From assembly GCA_030597965.1 (NCBI GenBank), contig JAUVQU010000001.1, positions 1-36,826 on the forward strand: a stretch of DNA of 36,826 nucleotides, given 5' to 3'. Below the pieces are notes generated by a model. That model had not been told where the DNA came from. It did no database searches and was given only the letters and a program-made list of their open reading frames with translations. Made by a program: the position numbers and the translations under genes. Source of the stretch: Cellvibrionaceae bacterium. Its GTDB lineage: Bacteria > Pseudomonadota > Gammaproteobacteria > Pseudomonadales > Cellvibrionaceae. Positions 17,947 through 30,199 of the stretch are shown one piece after another. Within the stretch, counting starts at the first letter, position 1. Every line of letters starts with the position of its first letter.

Positions 17947-20900
17947 ATGAGCACTGGCCTCTACCAGTTAGGCGAATTTAAAGACAATTGTGGCTTTGGT
18001 TTGATTGCCCACCTCAAGGGCGAGGTCAGTCATAAGTTACTGCAAACCGCTATTGAGTCTTTAACCTGCATGACCCACCGTGGCGGTATTGCCGCAGACG
18101 GTAAAACCGGCGATGGCTGCGGTCTTTTGATGCAAAAGCCCGATGGTTTTTTGCGCGCAGCGGTTAAAGAAGCGTTAGATGTAGACTTGCCGAACACTTA
18201 TGGTGTTGGTTCGATAATGTTGTCGCTGGATGAAGCGGCAGCCACTAGCGCTCGCTCTGTTGTCAAAGAAGAATTGGAAGCCGAAGGCTTGTCTGTGATT
18301 GGTTGGCGCGTGGTGCCAACGGATGATTCCTGCCTGGGTCCTATCGCACTGGCGACCTTGCCGCAATTTGAACACCTGTTCATTGGTGTTGACGACTCCC
18401 TAGAGGATGCCCAAATAACGGCTAAGTTGTTAATGGCTCGTCGAAAGATAGAAATCCGCTTGGCTGACGACAAGGGTTTCTACATTTCTAGCTTCAGTTT
18501 GAGTGTGATCTCATACAAAGGCCTGATGATGCCGGTCGATATTGATAAGTTTTATATCGACCTTGCCAGCCCAGAATTGAAAACGGCTATCTGTGTCTTC
18601 CATCAGCGCTTTTCTACAAATACATCGCCACAGTGGCCGTTGGCTCAGCCTTTCCGTTTGATTGCCCATAACGGTGAAATCAATACTGTTGAGGGTAACC
18701 GTAACTGGTCTGTGGCGCGTACGCCGAAGTTCCAGTCTGAATTACTGCCTAACTTGAGTGAAGTAACCCCACTGGTGAACCGTACCGGTTCTGATTCATC
18801 CAGCTTGGATAACATGCTGGAAGTCTTGGTCACAGGCGGCATGGAATTACACCGTGCTATTCGTATGTTGGTGCCGCCCGCTTGGCAGAACATTGAGGAT
18901 ATGGATCCAGATCTGCGTGCGTTCTATGAGTACAATTCAATGCACATCGAGCCATGGGATGGCCCTGCCGGCTTGGTGATTACCGATGGTCGCCATGCGG
19001 TCTGTACGCTTGATCGTAACGGTTTGCGCCCTTCGCGTTGGGTGATCACCAAAGACGATTTTATTACGGTTGCCTCTGAAATTGGCACCTACGATTACGC
19101 GCCGAGTGATGTGGTGGCTAAAGGCCGTTTAGGTCCGGGCGAGATATTGTCTGTTGATACCTTGACGGGTGAGTTATTCCACACAGCTGATATTGATCAG
19201 CAGTTGAAGAGCACCAAGCCGTATAAGCAGTGGATGAGAGCACAGGCGAAGCGTATTCAGTCCTCCTTTGGGCATGATGTTGCCGAGTCAGCGACAGATA
19301 AAGCTGAGCTCAATACCTACATGAAAATGTTCCAGGTTTCGTTTGAAGAGCGAGACCAGGTTGTACGTCCGCTGGCCGAGGCCGGTATGGAGCCGACAGG
19401 CTCTATGGGTGACGATGCCCCGATGGCCGTGCTGTCGAAGAAGCAGCGCCCGTTATGCGATTATTTTCGTCAGCAATTTGCGCAGGTTACCAACCCGCCA
19501 ATTGACCCTCTCCGCGAAGCCATCGTGATGTCGCTCGAGACCTGTATTGGTCGAGAGCTGTCTGTTTATGAAGAGACTGAAGCTCACGCGAACCGAGTGA
19601 TTCTTAAAACGCCGGTATTGTCTCCGGCTAAGTATAAGTCGCTGATTAACATAGAGCGCGAAGGCTATGAGGCTGCAGAGTTTAATCTGAACTACGATCC
19701 TGCCGTCCAGACGCTGAAAGAGGCCGTTGAAGCTTTAAACGCCTCCGTTGCCGATGCTGTGGCGCAGGGTAAAACACTGGTTGTCTTGAGCGATAGAGGC
19801 ATACAGCCGGGTCTTTTGCCGATTCCCGCATTGATGGCAACCGGTGCGGTACACCACAGTCTGACGAGCGTCGGACTGCGTTGTGATGCGAATATTGTTG
19901 TTGAGACGGCGACTGCCCGTGACTCTCATCAGGTTGCAACCTTACTGGGCTATGGTGCTACTGCGGTATATCCGTACCTGAGCTATCAGGTCATTAGCGA
20001 TCTGATTGAGTCAGGTGAGCTGTTGCTGGATGTTGCGACGGCCAACAGAAATTATCGTAAGGGCCTGAATAAAGGCTTGCTGAAAATTTTGTCAAAAATG
20101 GGCATCTCAACGGTAGCTTCTTATCGTGGTGCTCAGTTATTTGAAGCGGTTGGCCTCAATAAAGAAGTTGTTGATCTGTGTTTTGTAGGGACCACCAGCC
20201 GTATTAAAGGTGCTGGATTTGAGCACCTGCAGGCAGATCAGGAAGCAGTATCCACGCTGGCCTGGATTGCGCGCAAGCCAATTAAGCAGGGCGGGCGAGT
20301 TAAATATGTGCATGGTGGCGAATACCACACGTTTAATCCCGAGGTTGTAAAAACCTTGCAGGCCGCGGTAAAGAGTGGTGATTCCGCAATCTGGAATGAC
20401 TACGCAGACCTTGTGAATAACCGTCCTATCTCCACGTTGCGTGATTTATTAGCGCTGAAGGAATCGGCTACGCCGGTGCCGTTGGATGAAGTCGAGCCGG
20501 TGAGTGCTATTGTGCGTCGTTTCGATTCGGCGGCTATGTCATTAGGAGCTCTGTCTCCTGAGGCTCACGAAGCGTTAGCGGAGGCGATGAACACTCTTGG
20601 CGGACGTTCTAATTCCGGTGAGGGCGGCGAAGACGCTGTGCGTTTCGGCACCAACAAAATGTCCAAGATCAAGCAGATAGCATCGGGGCGTTTTGGTGTG
20701 ACTCCTCACTATCTGGTGAATGCTGAAGTACTACAGATTAAAGTAGCTCAGGGCGCCAAGCCCGGCGAAGGTGGCCAGCTGCCAGGCGGAAAGGTGAATA
20801 AGCTAATCGCTCGTTTACGTTATTCTGTACCCGGCGTGACACTGATTTCTCCGCCTCCTCACCATGATATTTATTCAATTGAAGATCTGGCTCAGTTGAT

Positions 20901-22395
20901 CTATGACCTTAAGCAGGTCAATCCGGATGCTCTGGTTTCAGTTAAACTGGTGTCTCGTCCTGGCGTAGGCACTATTGCCGCTGGTGTTGCTAAAGCTTAT
21001 GCTGATTTGATCACCATTTCTGGTTATGACGGTGGTACCGCCGCCAGTCCATTGAGTTCGATTTATTACGCGGGTTCTCCGTGGGAGCTGGGTCTTTCCG
21101 AGACGCACCAGATGCTGCGAGCCAATGATCTGCGCGACAAGGTTCGAGTGCAGACAGACGGCGGCATGAAAACCGGTCTGGATGTCATCAAGGCAGCCAT
21201 ACTCGGTGCTGAGAGCTTCGGCTTCGGTACTGCGCCGATGGTGGCTCTGGGTTGTAAGTTCTTGCGTATTTGTCACTTGAACAACTGTGCAACGGGTGTG
21301 GCCACTCAGAATGAGCAATTGCGCCGAGACCATTACATCGGCACCGTTGAGATGGTCATGAACTTCTTTAAGTTCGTAGCTGAAGAGACGCGTGTGTGGA
21401 TGTCTCGTCTGGGCGTACGCTCTATGGATGAGCTGGTAGGTCGTGTTGATCTGCTTGAGTGCATTGAGGGTACTACCGATAAGCACAAACAATTGGACTT
21501 GAGCCCGATTATTTATACGGACGAGCTGTTGGAAAGTAAGCCGCAGATCTGCTCCGTTGCTCAGAACACCCCCTTTGATAAGGGTGAAAAGGCCGAGGCT
21601 ATGGTGGCGGAACTACTGCCGACCATTGAAGCAAAGTCGGGTGGTGAATTTGATTTCCATATCACCAATTGCGATCGCTCAATAGGCGCTCGCATCAGTG
21701 GTGAGATTGCCAAACGTCACGGTAATCAGGGAATGGCATCGGCACCAATCAAGCTGAACCTGACAGGTATTGCCGGACAGAGTTTTGGTGTCTGGAATGC
21801 AGGTGGCCTTGAGATGTACCTCGAAGGTGATGCCAACGATTACGTCGGTAAGGGCATGGCTGGCGGCAAGCTGGTGCTGCGTCCGCCACAGGGCTCAGAA
21901 TTTAAGAGTAATGAAACCAGCATTATGGGTAATACCTGTTTGTATGGTGCGACGGGCGGTAAGTTGTTTGCTGCTGGCCGTGCCGGAGAGCGCTGTGGTG
22001 TGCGTAACTCTGGAGCTCATGTTGTGGTTGAAGGCGCGGGTGATCATTGTTGCGAATACATGACCGGTGGTGTGGTTACCGTGCTGGGTAAAACAGGCGT
22101 TAACTTTGGTGCTGGCATGACGGGCGGTTTTGCTTATGTACTCGATGAGAAAAGAAATTTCTTCGACAAGATAAATGAAGACGTGGAAATTGTCCGAGTC
22201 AATCGTGAGTCGGTGGAAGTGCATCGCAGCCACCTGCACGACATTATTGAAGAGTTTGTATCAGAAACCGGAAGTGTTTGGGGTCAGCACCTGCTAGACA
22301 ATTTCGGTGATTACATCGGTATGTTCTGGCTGGTTAAGCCAAAAGCTGCGAGCGTAGAACAACTGTTGGATAGCGTAAGAAAGCGTGGAGAGTAA
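17947..22395 (+). CDS. gltB: glutamate synthase (NADPH) large subunit
   Basis: 1482 aa. Ntn amidotransferase Cys in [10 protein letters not shown], plus FMN/3Fe-4S central and GXGXG C-terminal domains. Confidence 0.97.
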   Translation: MSTGLYQLGEFKDNCGFGLIAHLKGEVSHKLLQTAIESLTCMTHRGGIAADGKTGDGCGLLMQKPDGFLRAAVKEALDVDLPNTYGVGSIMLSLDEAAATSARSVVKEELEAEGLSVIGWRVVPTDDSCLGPIALATLPQFEHLFIGVDDSLEDAQITAKLLMARRKIEIRLADDKGFYISSFSLSVISYKGLMMPVDIDKFYIDLASPELKTAICVFHQRFSTNTSPQWPLAQPFRLIAHNGEINTVEGNRNWSVARTPKFQSELLPNLSEVTPLVNRTGSDSSSLDNMLEVLVTGGMELHRAIRMLVPPAWQNIEDMDPDLRAFYEYNSMHIEPWDGPAGLVITDGRHAVCTLDRNGLRPSRWVITKDDFITVASEIGTYDYAPSDVVAKGRLGPGEILSVDTLTGELFHTADIDQQLKSTKPYKQWMRAQAKRIQSSFGHDVAESATDKAELNTYMKMFQVSFEERDQVVRPLAEAGMEPTGSMGDDAPMAVLSKKQRPLCDYFRQQFAQVTNPPIDPLREAIVMSLETCIGRELSVYEETEAHANRVILKTPVLSPAKYKSLINIEREGYEAAEFNLNYDPAVQTLKEAVEALNASVADAVAQGKTLVVLSDRGIQPGLLPIPALMATGAVHHSLTSVGLRCDANIVVETATARDSHQVATLLGYGATAVYPYLSYQVISDLIESGELLLDVATANRNYRKGLNKGLLKILSKMGISTVASYRGAQLFEAVGLNKEVVDLCFVGTTSRIKGAGFEHLQADQEAVSTLAWIARKPIKQGGRVKYVHGGEYHTFNPEVVKTLQAAVKSGDSAIWNDYADLVNNRPISTLRDLLALKESATPVPLDEVEPVSAIVRRFDSAAMSLGALSPEAHEALAEAMNTLGGRSNSGEGGEDAVRFGTNKMSKIKQIASGRFGVTPHYLVNAEVLQIKVAQGAKPGEGGQLPGGKVNKLIARLRYSVPGVTLISPPPHHDIYSIEDLAQLIYDLKQVNPDALVSVKLVSRPGVGTIAAGVAKAYADLITISGYDGGTAASPLSSIYYAGSPWELGLSETHQMLRANDLRDKVRVQTDGGMKTGLDVIKAAILGAESFGFGTAPMVALGCKFLRICHLNNCATGVATQNEQLRRDHYIGTVEMVMNFFKFVAEETRVWMSRLGVRSMDELVGRVDLLECIEGTTDKHKQLDLSPIIYTDELLESKPQICSVAQNTPFDKGEKAEAMVAELLPTIEAKSGGEFDFHITNCDRSIGARISGEIAKRHGNQGMASAPIKLNLTGIAGQSFGVWNAGGLEMYLEGDANDYVGKGMAGGKLVLRPPQGSEFKSNETSIMGNTCLYGATGGKLFAAGRAGERCGVRNSGAHVVVEGAGDHCCEYMTGGVVTVLGKTGVNFGAGMTGGFAYVLDEKRNFFDKINEDVEIVRVNRESVEVHRSHLHDIIEEFVSETGSVWGQHLLDNFGDYIGMFWLVKPKAASVEQLLDSVRKRGE

Positions 22396-22447
22396 GCCTT
22401 AATTATTTGGCTTACCCTTAAGCCTGATGGTTTAACGCAGATTTTGA

Positions 22448-23881
<1,434 letters not shown>

Positions 23882-23912
23882 ATCGCTAGAGATTGAATAG
23901 TTCCATTGAGAT

Positions 23913-23938
23913 AAAAAGCACGCTACGGCGTGCTTTTT
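23913..23938 (+). terminator. rho-independent terminator after gltD
   Basis: AAAAAGCACGC-TACG-GCGTGCTTTTT: a 7-bp GC-rich stem, a tetraloop and a T-run. A/T flanks make it potentially bidirectional. Confidence 0.85.
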
Positions 23939-23981
23939 ATTGTTAACAAAAAAAGTGTGGTAAAAACTAGGTAAAGAATAA

Positions 23982-25046
23982 ATGGCAGAATTAAAAAACG
24001 ATCGATTTTTACGAGCGCTATTAAAGCAGCCTGTCGATAGAACACCGGTATGGATGATGAGGCAGGCAGGCAGGTATTTGCCTGAATATCGAGCTGCACG
24101 CGCTCGCGCTGGCGACTTTATGAGCCTGTGTACTAACCCAGAAATGGCGTGTGAGGTTACTTTGCAGCCACTGGACCGCTATCCGCAGCTGGATGCTGCT
24201 ATTTTATTCTCCGATATTTTAACTATCCCAGATGCAATGGGCTTGGGGTTGTATTTTGAAACCGGTGAAGGGCCTAAGTTTAAGAAAAGCGTCCGAACTG
24301 CCGCAGACATTGAAGCTTTACCTATTGTTGATACTAAGAAGGATCTTACTTATGTTGTCGACGCAGTGGCAACCATTCGCCGCGAGTTAAATGGCCGTGT
24401 TCCTCTTATAGGGTTCACTGGCAGCCCATGGACGTTGGCGACCTATATGGTAGAGGGTGGGTCATCAAAAGATTATCGTCGCACGAAGGCGATGATGTAT
24501 AACCAGCCGGAAGTATTTCACCTGTTGATTGATAAGCTTGTGATATCTATTACTGAATACCTCAATGAGCAGATTTTGGCGGGCGCTCAGGCGGTACAAA
24601 TATTTGATTCTTGGGGTGGCGCATTGAGTCACAACGCTTATTTTGAGTTCTCTTTAAATCCAATGCGACGTATTATTGATGGGTTGATTAAAGAAAATGA
24701 AGGTCGCCAGGTTCCTGTTATCCTATTCACCAAAGGTGGTGGCCAGTGGCTGGAGGCTATGGCTGATAGTGGGGCAGCGGCACTGGGCATAGATTGGACC
24801 ACCGATATTGGTGCTGCGCGCCAGCGAGTAGGAGATAAGGTGGCCTTACAGGGGAATATGGATCCAGCGCTTCTATACGCAAAACCAGAACGTATTAAAG
24901 AAGAAGTAGCCACTATACTTGAGTCGTATGGAGCTGGTTCTGGCCACATTTTTAATCTTGGTCATGGTGTGACGCCTGAAGTTGATCCTGATCATGCTGG
25001 CGCCTTCTTTGATGCGGTTTGTGAATTGTCGGAAAAATACCACTAG
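23982..25046 (+). CDS. hemE: uroporphyrinogen decarboxylase
   Basis: [23 protein letters not shown] and FNLGHG motifs, 354 aa. Confidence 0.95.
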   Translation: MAELKNDRFLRALLKQPVDRTPVWMMRQAGRYLPEYRAARARAGDFMSLCTNPEMACEVTLQPLDRYPQLDAAILFSDILTIPDAMGLGLYFETGEGPKFKKSVRTAADIEALPIVDTKKDLTYVVDAVATIRRELNGRVPLIGFTGSPWTLATYMVEGGSSKDYRRTKAMMYNQPEVFHLLIDKLVISITEYLNEQILAGAQAVQIFDSWGGALSHNAYFEFSLNPMRRIIDGLIKENEGRQVPVILFTKGGGQWLEAMADSGAAALGIDWTTDIGAARQRVGDKVALQGNMDPALLYAKPERIKEEVATILESYGAGSGHIFNLGHGVTPEVDPDHAGAFFDAVCELSEKYH

Positions 25047-25080
25047 ACATCACAGTTTTAGAATTTTTATTGGTAGTTTG

Positions 25081-25109
25081 TTGACATGCATGAACTGATA
25101 CATTATATC
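25081..25109 (+). promoter_or_regulatory. near-consensus sigma70 promoter for the HD-GYP gene
   Basis: TTGACA (25081-25086), 17 nt spacer, TATATC (25104-25109). Leaves a leader of about 100 nt. Confidence 0.5.
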
Positions 25110-25214
25110 TGGTGTAGCTATGGTTTTTCCTGTATTAAATTCCTTTGTAATTAGCGGCTTAGGTGTATGTCTTAATATAAGAGTCATGTTAATAGTTAGC
25201 GGATATTGGTTTCT

Positions 25215-26570
25215 ATGAGTGTTAAGCAGGTCAAGGTGGACATCTCAGATGTCACGGTGGGTATGTTTGTATCCGGCCTTGATCGCCCGTGGGGGCAAAC
25301 TCCGTTCCCTTTACAGGGCTTTTACATTCGTGAATTAGATGAAATAAATGAGCTGAAGATTCACTGTAAGCATGTCTTTATTGACGTGGAAAAAGGCCCT
25401 GGATTGCTGAGGGCAGTATCTGCTCCAGTTTTAAAAAGAAGCAAGACGTCGCCCACTAAAAGTCACTCCTCTCCTAGTATCTCTAAGCTACATATTGCGC
25501 CATTAAGGATACGCCGTAATCACTACACCAATCGTAGCTCACTAAAAAAAGAAGTGACACAAGCTCGTAGCCTGTACCAAAAAGTGTTTGGTGCCTTAGG
25601 CCAGGTGGTGGATCAGTTGGATGCTGGCAATCCGGTTAAAATTCAGGAGACTAAGCGCGCGGCCAGTGAATTGGTTGATAGCATCATAAGAAATCCTGAC
25701 GCGTTTGCCTGGTTGACTCGGGTGAAAGAAGCCGATGAGCACACTTACACTCACGCCCTCCGCTCGGCGGTATGGGGCATGATCTTTGGGCGCCATATTG
25801 GTTTGCTTAAAAAAGAAATGAATATATTAGCTATGGCTCTATTGCTGAAGGATATAGGCAAGGTCAGGTTATCTAAAGAGTTAATACAAAAAACAAACCG
25901 CAGCCCTGACGAACAAAAAGAATACGAAAAGTTTGTGGAATACGGTGTCAATATCCTCAGAAAGATTGATGGAGTTGAGCCCAAGGTTATAGGTGTGGTG
26001 AAGGCTCATTGCGAGCGAGTAAATGGCGGCGGTTTTCCCGCAGGCTTACGGGGCGATAAGATTCCTCTGTTGGCTAAAGTGGCGGGCATTGTTACTTTTT
26101 ACGATAAGATTACACACCCTCGTGGTGAGGCTTATCCGCTTTCACCCTCTAAAGCTGTCGCCGAACTTTACGACTGTCGTGACCATGAATTCCAGGAAGA
26201 GTTGGTTGTAGAATTTATTCGTGGCATCGGTATCTATCCTACCGGCACGTTAGTTGAGTTGAACACCGGTGAAGTCGGTTTGGTGGTTGAACAAAACTTC
26301 GAGCGTCGATTAAAACCTCAAGTGTTGATTCTTTTGGATCCGTTTAAGCAGCCATTGTCGTCGCCTACGCTTCTTGATTTGGCTGAGGATGACAGAGCTA
26401 AGCAGTCCTTAGTGGACGAGGGAAAAATTCACTGGCGTGAAATGGATAAAATAGAAATTTCTCAAGATTTAGAGGTTGGCAGTTACGATATTGATATAGC
26501 CAGAGTCCGCGATGAATATTTATTTAAGGATGAAAAGAAAAAATTGTTTGGATTGTTTAGGCGCGGTTGA
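25215..26570 (+). CDS. DUF3391 + HD-GYP-like domain protein with degenerate catalytic motifs
   Basis: The N-terminus (VTVGMFVSGLDRPW..TPFPLQGFYI ... HVFIDVEKG) resembles DUF3391. The C-terminal region aligns to HD-GYP, but HD reads KD (LLLKDIGK) and HHExxDGxGYP reads HCERVNGGGFP. Alternative TTG start at 25206. Confidence 0.8.
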   Translation: MSVKQVKVDISDVTVGMFVSGLDRPWGQTPFPLQGFYIRELDEINELKIHCKHVFIDVEKGPGLLRAVSAPVLKRSKTSPTKSHSSPSISKLHIAPLRIRRNHYTNRSSLKKEVTQARSLYQKVFGALGQVVDQLDAGNPVKIQETKRAASELVDSIIRNPDAFAWLTRVKEADEHTYTHALRSAVWGMIFGRHIGLLKKEMNILAMALLLKDIGKVRLSKELIQKTNRSPDEQKEYEKFVEYGVNILRKIDGVEPKVIGVVKAHCERVNGGGFPAGLRGDKIPLLAKVAGIVTFYDKITHPRGEAYPLSPSKAVAELYDCRDHEFQEELVVEFIRGIGIYPTGTLVELNTGEVGLVVEQNFERRLKPQVLILLDPFKQPLSSPTLLDLAEDDRAKQSLVDEGKIHWREMDKIEISQDLEVGSYDIDIARVRDEYLFKDEKKKLFGLFRRG

Positions 26571-26580
26571 TTTATAGATA

Positions 26581-26627
26581 TTAAGCATTAAAAAAGCCAG
26601 CTTAATGCTGGCATTTTTAATGCTTAA
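26581..26627. terminator. 47-nt near-perfect palindrome; bidirectional rho-independent terminator between the HD-GYP gene and psd
   Basis: ttaagcattaaaaaaGCCAGC-ttaat-GCTGGCatttttaatgcttaa. The GC core stem is flanked by A/T runs giving U-tracts on both strands. 20 of 21 stem positions are complementary. Confidence 0.85.
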
Positions 26628-26633
26628 TGGGTT

Positions 26634-27485
26634 TTATGAATGTTTACCCATCTTCTCTCCCATTAAAGTAAGGCTGCCCGCCTGATAATCTTCCTGCCAT
26701 TGCATGGCATCTTTGCCAAAAAGTATCACCGCCGTTGAGCCCAATTTAAAACGCCCCATTTCATCTCCGGTGTTAAAGGTAATGGCTGGTTGCTCGTCAT
26801 AGTGAGTGGTTTTAATCGTGCGTTTTACGGGTGCGACTTGGCCGGCCCAGGTGGTTTCAATGCTAGCCACGATCATTGCGCCCACTAAAATAACGGCCAT
26901 TGGACCAGCGCTTGTATCAAAAACACAGACAACACGCTCATTGCGGGAAAATAAGCGAGGTACATTTTCTGCAGTGACGGTGTTAACGGAGAATAAATCA
27001 CCAGGGACATGGGTCATGCTTTTAAGTGTTCCGCCTAGGGGCATATGTACGCGGTGATAATCTTTGGGGGAGAGATACACAGTTGCAAATTTTCCGTCTG
27101 TGAATAGCTTGGCCGTTTCTTCATTTCCGCCAACCAGCTCAAGCAAACTGTAATCCTGCCCTTTGGCCTGAAAAACACGCCCATTTTTAATGTCACCTAG
27201 TTGGCTAATGGCGCCATCAGCTGGACAGACAACCGCGTTGGCCTCGTCAGAAATTGGGCGAACCCCCGGCTTTAGTTCTCGAGTGAAGAAGTCGTTGAAT
27301 GAGGCGTAGGCGCAGGGGTCTTCTTCCCGTGCCAGACTCATATCGATATCATAACGATTCACAAACCAGCGGGTGAAAGGATCTTTTATCCAGCTAACTT
27401 GAGTGTTGGCCAGCCAACCAGCCGCTCGTGAAAGTGCGTGCTGTGGTGTGATGTGCTGTAAAGCGACAAAGAGTGAATCTTTCAT
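26634..27485 (-). CDS. psd: phosphatidylserine decarboxylase proenzyme
   Basis: LGST self-cleavage motif (FKLGSTAVILF), a conserved N-terminus, 283 aa. Confidence 0.95.
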   Translation of the reverse strand: MKDSLFVALQHITPQHALSRAAGWLANTQVSWIKDPFTRWFVNRYDIDMSLAREEDPCAYASFNDFFTRELKPGVRPISDEANAVVCPADGAISQLGDIKNGRVFQAKGQDYSLLELVGGNEETAKLFTDGKFATVYLSPKDYHRVHMPLGGTLKSMTHVPGDLFSVNTVTAENVPRLFSRNERVVCVFDTSAGPMAVILVGAMIVASIETTWAGQVAPVKRTIKTTHYDEQPAITFNTGDEMGRFKLGSTAVILFGKDAMQWQEDYQAGSLTLMGEKMGKHS

Positions 27486-27521
27486 GACTGTCTCGATAAA
27501 TTGTTTAAGTTCTGGCGTGTT

Positions 27522-28322
27522 TTATTGTTCAACGGGAGTGTCGGGATGATTGCCCCACTCAGACCAGGAGCCGGGATAGGCCTTAATATTAAAGCCAAAT
27601 AATTTCCCAACAAGATAGGTGAATCCAGATCGGTGATGGCTCTGGCAGTGGGTAACGATTTCCTGTGACTTGTTAATGCCAATGGCGGCCAATCGTTCTT
27701 TGGCGTCCTCTCGCAGTCGTAAATCTTGGTTGGGGTTCATCAGGCTGGTCCACTCGCAATTAATCGCGCCGGGAATGTGCCCGCCTTTTTTCGCCAAGAC
27801 TTTTTCACCACGATATTCTGCTGGGCTACGGGCATCCCAAATCACAAAGTCATCACGGCCTAAATTGGGCATTATATCGTCAATTTCGGCAATCACATCG
27901 GTATGTAATTCAAAGCTGGGTTGTGTGTGTGTGGGTATTGGGGCTTCAGTTGACTCCGATAGACCAGCGCTTCGCCAGGCGTGTATGCCGCCGTTTAAGT
28001 AGGAATAATGTTTGTGCCCCAATACGTCCAGTGTCCAGATAAAGCGTCCGGCCCAGCCGCCGCCTTCATCATCGTAGACTACGACATGTTTTCCAGGGGA
28101 GAGGCCAATACTACCCATTAGTTGGGTTAGGTGTTCTAGGGTGGGCAGCCGCCCGGGAGCAGGTGTCTGGCCAGACATCAGGGACTTGGGTGTGATATGG
28201 ACGGCCCCCGGGATATGGCCTGCAAGGTAGTTTTGTTCGCTACAGAGGTCAACGACTAGGATGTCCGGTTTTGTTATCTCAGCGTGCAGTTCATTGGCTT
28301 CAATAAAAAGGGGTAAACTCAT
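27522..28322 (-). CDS. rhdA: tandem-rhodanese thiosulfate sulfurtransferase (RhdA-type)
   Basis: Two rhodanese domains. The active-site loop THCQSHHRSG resembles the Azotobacter/Pseudomonas RhdA loop CQTHHRS. Stops 36 nt upstream of psd. Confidence 0.8.
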   Translation of the reverse strand: MSLPLFIEANELHAEITKPDILVVDLCSEQNYLAGHIPGAVHITPKSLMSGQTPAPGRLPTLEHLTQLMGSIGLSPGKHVVVYDDEGGGWAGRFIWTLDVLGHKHYSYLNGGIHAWRSAGLSESTEAPIPTHTQPSFELHTDVIAEIDDIMPNLGRDDFVIWDARSPAEYRGEKVLAKKGGHIPGAINCEWTSLMNPNQDLRLREDAKERLAAIGINKSQEIVTHCQSHHRSGFTYLVGKLFGFNIKAYPGSWSEWGNHPDTPVEQ

Positions 28323-28393
28323 GTCATTTGCTCTTGGAAGCTAGGGTCTATAATAAGGCGTTATTGTAAATGAAACACTTGCAGTCTGCCGAC

Positions 28394-29416
28394 TTAACGA
28401 TCATTAAGTGTCTGCAGAATATAACGATAACTGGCCATGCGTTTTTCGCTGATATCGCCGTTTTCTAAAGCGGCTTGAATGGCACAGCCTGGCTCAGTTT
28501 CGTGGGCGCAGTTACGAAACTTGCAATGGCCCAGAAATGGTTGAAATTCCCGGAAACCATAAAGCAAATCTTCTGGCTCCATGTGCCAGAGGCCGAATTC
28601 GCGGATCCCTGGAGAATCGATAAGGTGGCCGCCCTGAGGGAGGTGGAAGAGCTGTGCTGTGGTGGTGGTGTGTGTACCTTGTTGAGTGGCCTCTGTCAGG
28701 CCGCCAACTTTAAGGTCGAGGCCGGGTAGTAGCACGTTGATCAGTGAGGATTTACCAACACCGGATTGCCCGACAAATATACTCGTATAGTTTGCTAAAT
28801 AGGTGGTCAGCTGATCAATACCAGTCTCTGTGGTAGAGGACACATCCAGCCAGTCATAATTCAGTTGTGTATAGCAGGCTTTTAAATCATCCAATTTCGG
28901 TTTGATGTTGTCATCAATACGGTCGATCTTATTGAGCAGGATAATCGGTTGTATCCCTAGATTTTCGGCGGCAACCAAATACCGATCAATCAAATTTGCG
29001 TGTGGCTCAGGGTAGGCGGCAATAACAATAATAATACGGTCAATATTGGCGGCGATGGTTTTCATGTCGCCATAGGGGTCGGGTCGGCTGAGTTCGGAAT
29101 CGCGTTCCAGCACTGCAACAATTACTCCGTTGGGTTCGCCATCCCGCCAGATGACACGATCTCCGGTGACCAGGGAGCCAAGGTTTGCTCGAAGGTGGCA
29201 GCGGGTTGTTTTCCCTTGATTCTCGCCCGCGGTTGCTTCTACGGTGACTAGCGTGCCGTAATGAGCTATCACCAAGCCTTCTTGCTCTGGGCCTAATTCG
29301 TTGTGATCTAACTGGCCAAGAATCTTGTCTTCACGTTTGCTGGCGCGGCCGGCTCGCTCACTTTGTATTTTTTCAATGCGCCAGGCCTGGCGGCGGGTTA
29401 GCTTGCGCTTACTCAT
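28394..29416 (-). CDS. rsgA: ribosome small-subunit-dependent GTPase A
   Basis: Circularly permuted GTPase (NKIDR before GQSGVGKSSLIN), a C-terminal zinc knuckle CKFRNCAHETEPGC, and an N-terminal OB region. Confidence 0.95.
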   Translation of the reverse strand: MSKRKLTRRQAWRIEKIQSERAGRASKREDKILGQLDHNELGPEQEGLVIAHYGTLVTVEATAGENQGKTTRCHLRANLGSLVTGDRVIWRDGEPNGVIVAVLERDSELSRPDPYGDMKTIAANIDRIIIVIAAYPEPHANLIDRYLVAAENLGIQPIILLNKIDRIDDNIKPKLDDLKACYTQLNYDWLDVSSTTETGIDQLTTYLANYTSIFVGQSGVGKSSLINVLLPGLDLKVGGLTEATQQGTHTTTTAQLFHLPQGGHLIDSPGIREFGLWHMEPEDLLYGFREFQPFLGHCKFRNCAHETEPGCAIQAALENGDISEKRMASYRYILQTLNDR

Positions 29417-29633
29417 GAAGCAGCCATAGCTTTAGTGAATAGATGGGAGTCCGCTGCGATAGGGGATAAATGAGCGTTGAGCAAAGAGTAAAGCAATGAA
29501 TGAAGTCCTGCGCTGGGTCTTTATGGGTTATTAGATGAGCTGCTGTTGGGTTATTGTAGAGTAAACCGTAGTAAAATGCTGATGATTACCCTGCAGTTAG
29601 TACAGAAGCCGTTTGAATAAAGAGAAGAATCGA

Positions 29634-30179
29634 ATGAAAAGCGACAGCAACCTCATCTGGATTGATCTGGAAATGACGGGGCTAGACCCCGAAATCGACG
29701 TAATTATAGAAATTGCGACCATAGTGACGGACTCCGATCTCAATGTGTTGGCCGAAGGGCCTATATTTGCCGTTCATCAAGATAAGGCTACGATGGATGC
29801 CATGGACGACTGGAATACCAATCAGCACGGAAAGTCGGGGCTGACCCAGCGCGTGCTGGAAAGTGCGATTACCAAGGAAGAGGCTGAGCAGGCGACGATA
29901 GCGTTCTTGAGTGAGTGGGTGCCTGCGGGTAAATCGCCTATTTGTGGTAACAGCATCGGTCAGGATCGACGCTTTCTTGTGAAATACATGCCTGGGCTAG
30001 AGGCTTATTTCCACTATCGAAATTTAGATGTGAGCACCCTTAAAGAATTGGCGCGACGTTGGCGCCCTGATGTATTGGCTGGTGTAAAAAAGTCGGGTGC
30101 TCATTTAGCGATGGATGATATTCGCGACTCAATTAACGAGCTGCGCCACTATCGCGAGCATTTCATTATTGACAAATAA
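29634..30179 (+). CDS. orn: oligoribonuclease
   Basis: [19 protein letters not shown] ... [10 protein letters not shown] and [11 protein letters not shown] (DEDDh). The ORF track's TTG 29613 adds 7 unlikely residues. Confidence 0.95.
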   Translation: MKSDSNLIWIDLEMTGLDPEIDVIIEIATIVTDSDLNVLAEGPIFAVHQDKATMDAMDDWNTNQHGKSGLTQRVLESAITKEEAEQATIAFLSEWVPAGKSPICGNSIGQDRRFLVKYMPGLEAYFHYRNLDVSTLKELARRWRPDVLAGVKKSGAHLAMDDIRDSINELRHYREHFIIDK

Positions 30180-30199
30180 GGCTTCAAGACTCTTTAACG

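Noticed and set aside
20938-21492. 184-aa ORF antisense to gltB. Similar long antisense or alternative-frame ORFs occur at 18198-18473, 21895-22239, 22768-23187, 33000-33377, 24638-24949 and 3373-3714.
   Set aside because: All lie wholly inside strongly conserved genes on the other strand or in another frame. They have Arg/Ser/Pro-rich shadow-ORF composition and no RBS, which is typical of frame artefacts.
25110-25214. Looked for a c-di-GMP riboswitch in the roughly 100-nt leader of the HD-GYP gene.
   Set aside because: I could not find the conserved GEMM-type paired elements or tetraloop/receptor features. The leader is AT-rich with only a short direct repeat (TTAGCGG twice). A covariance-model scan would be the definitive test.
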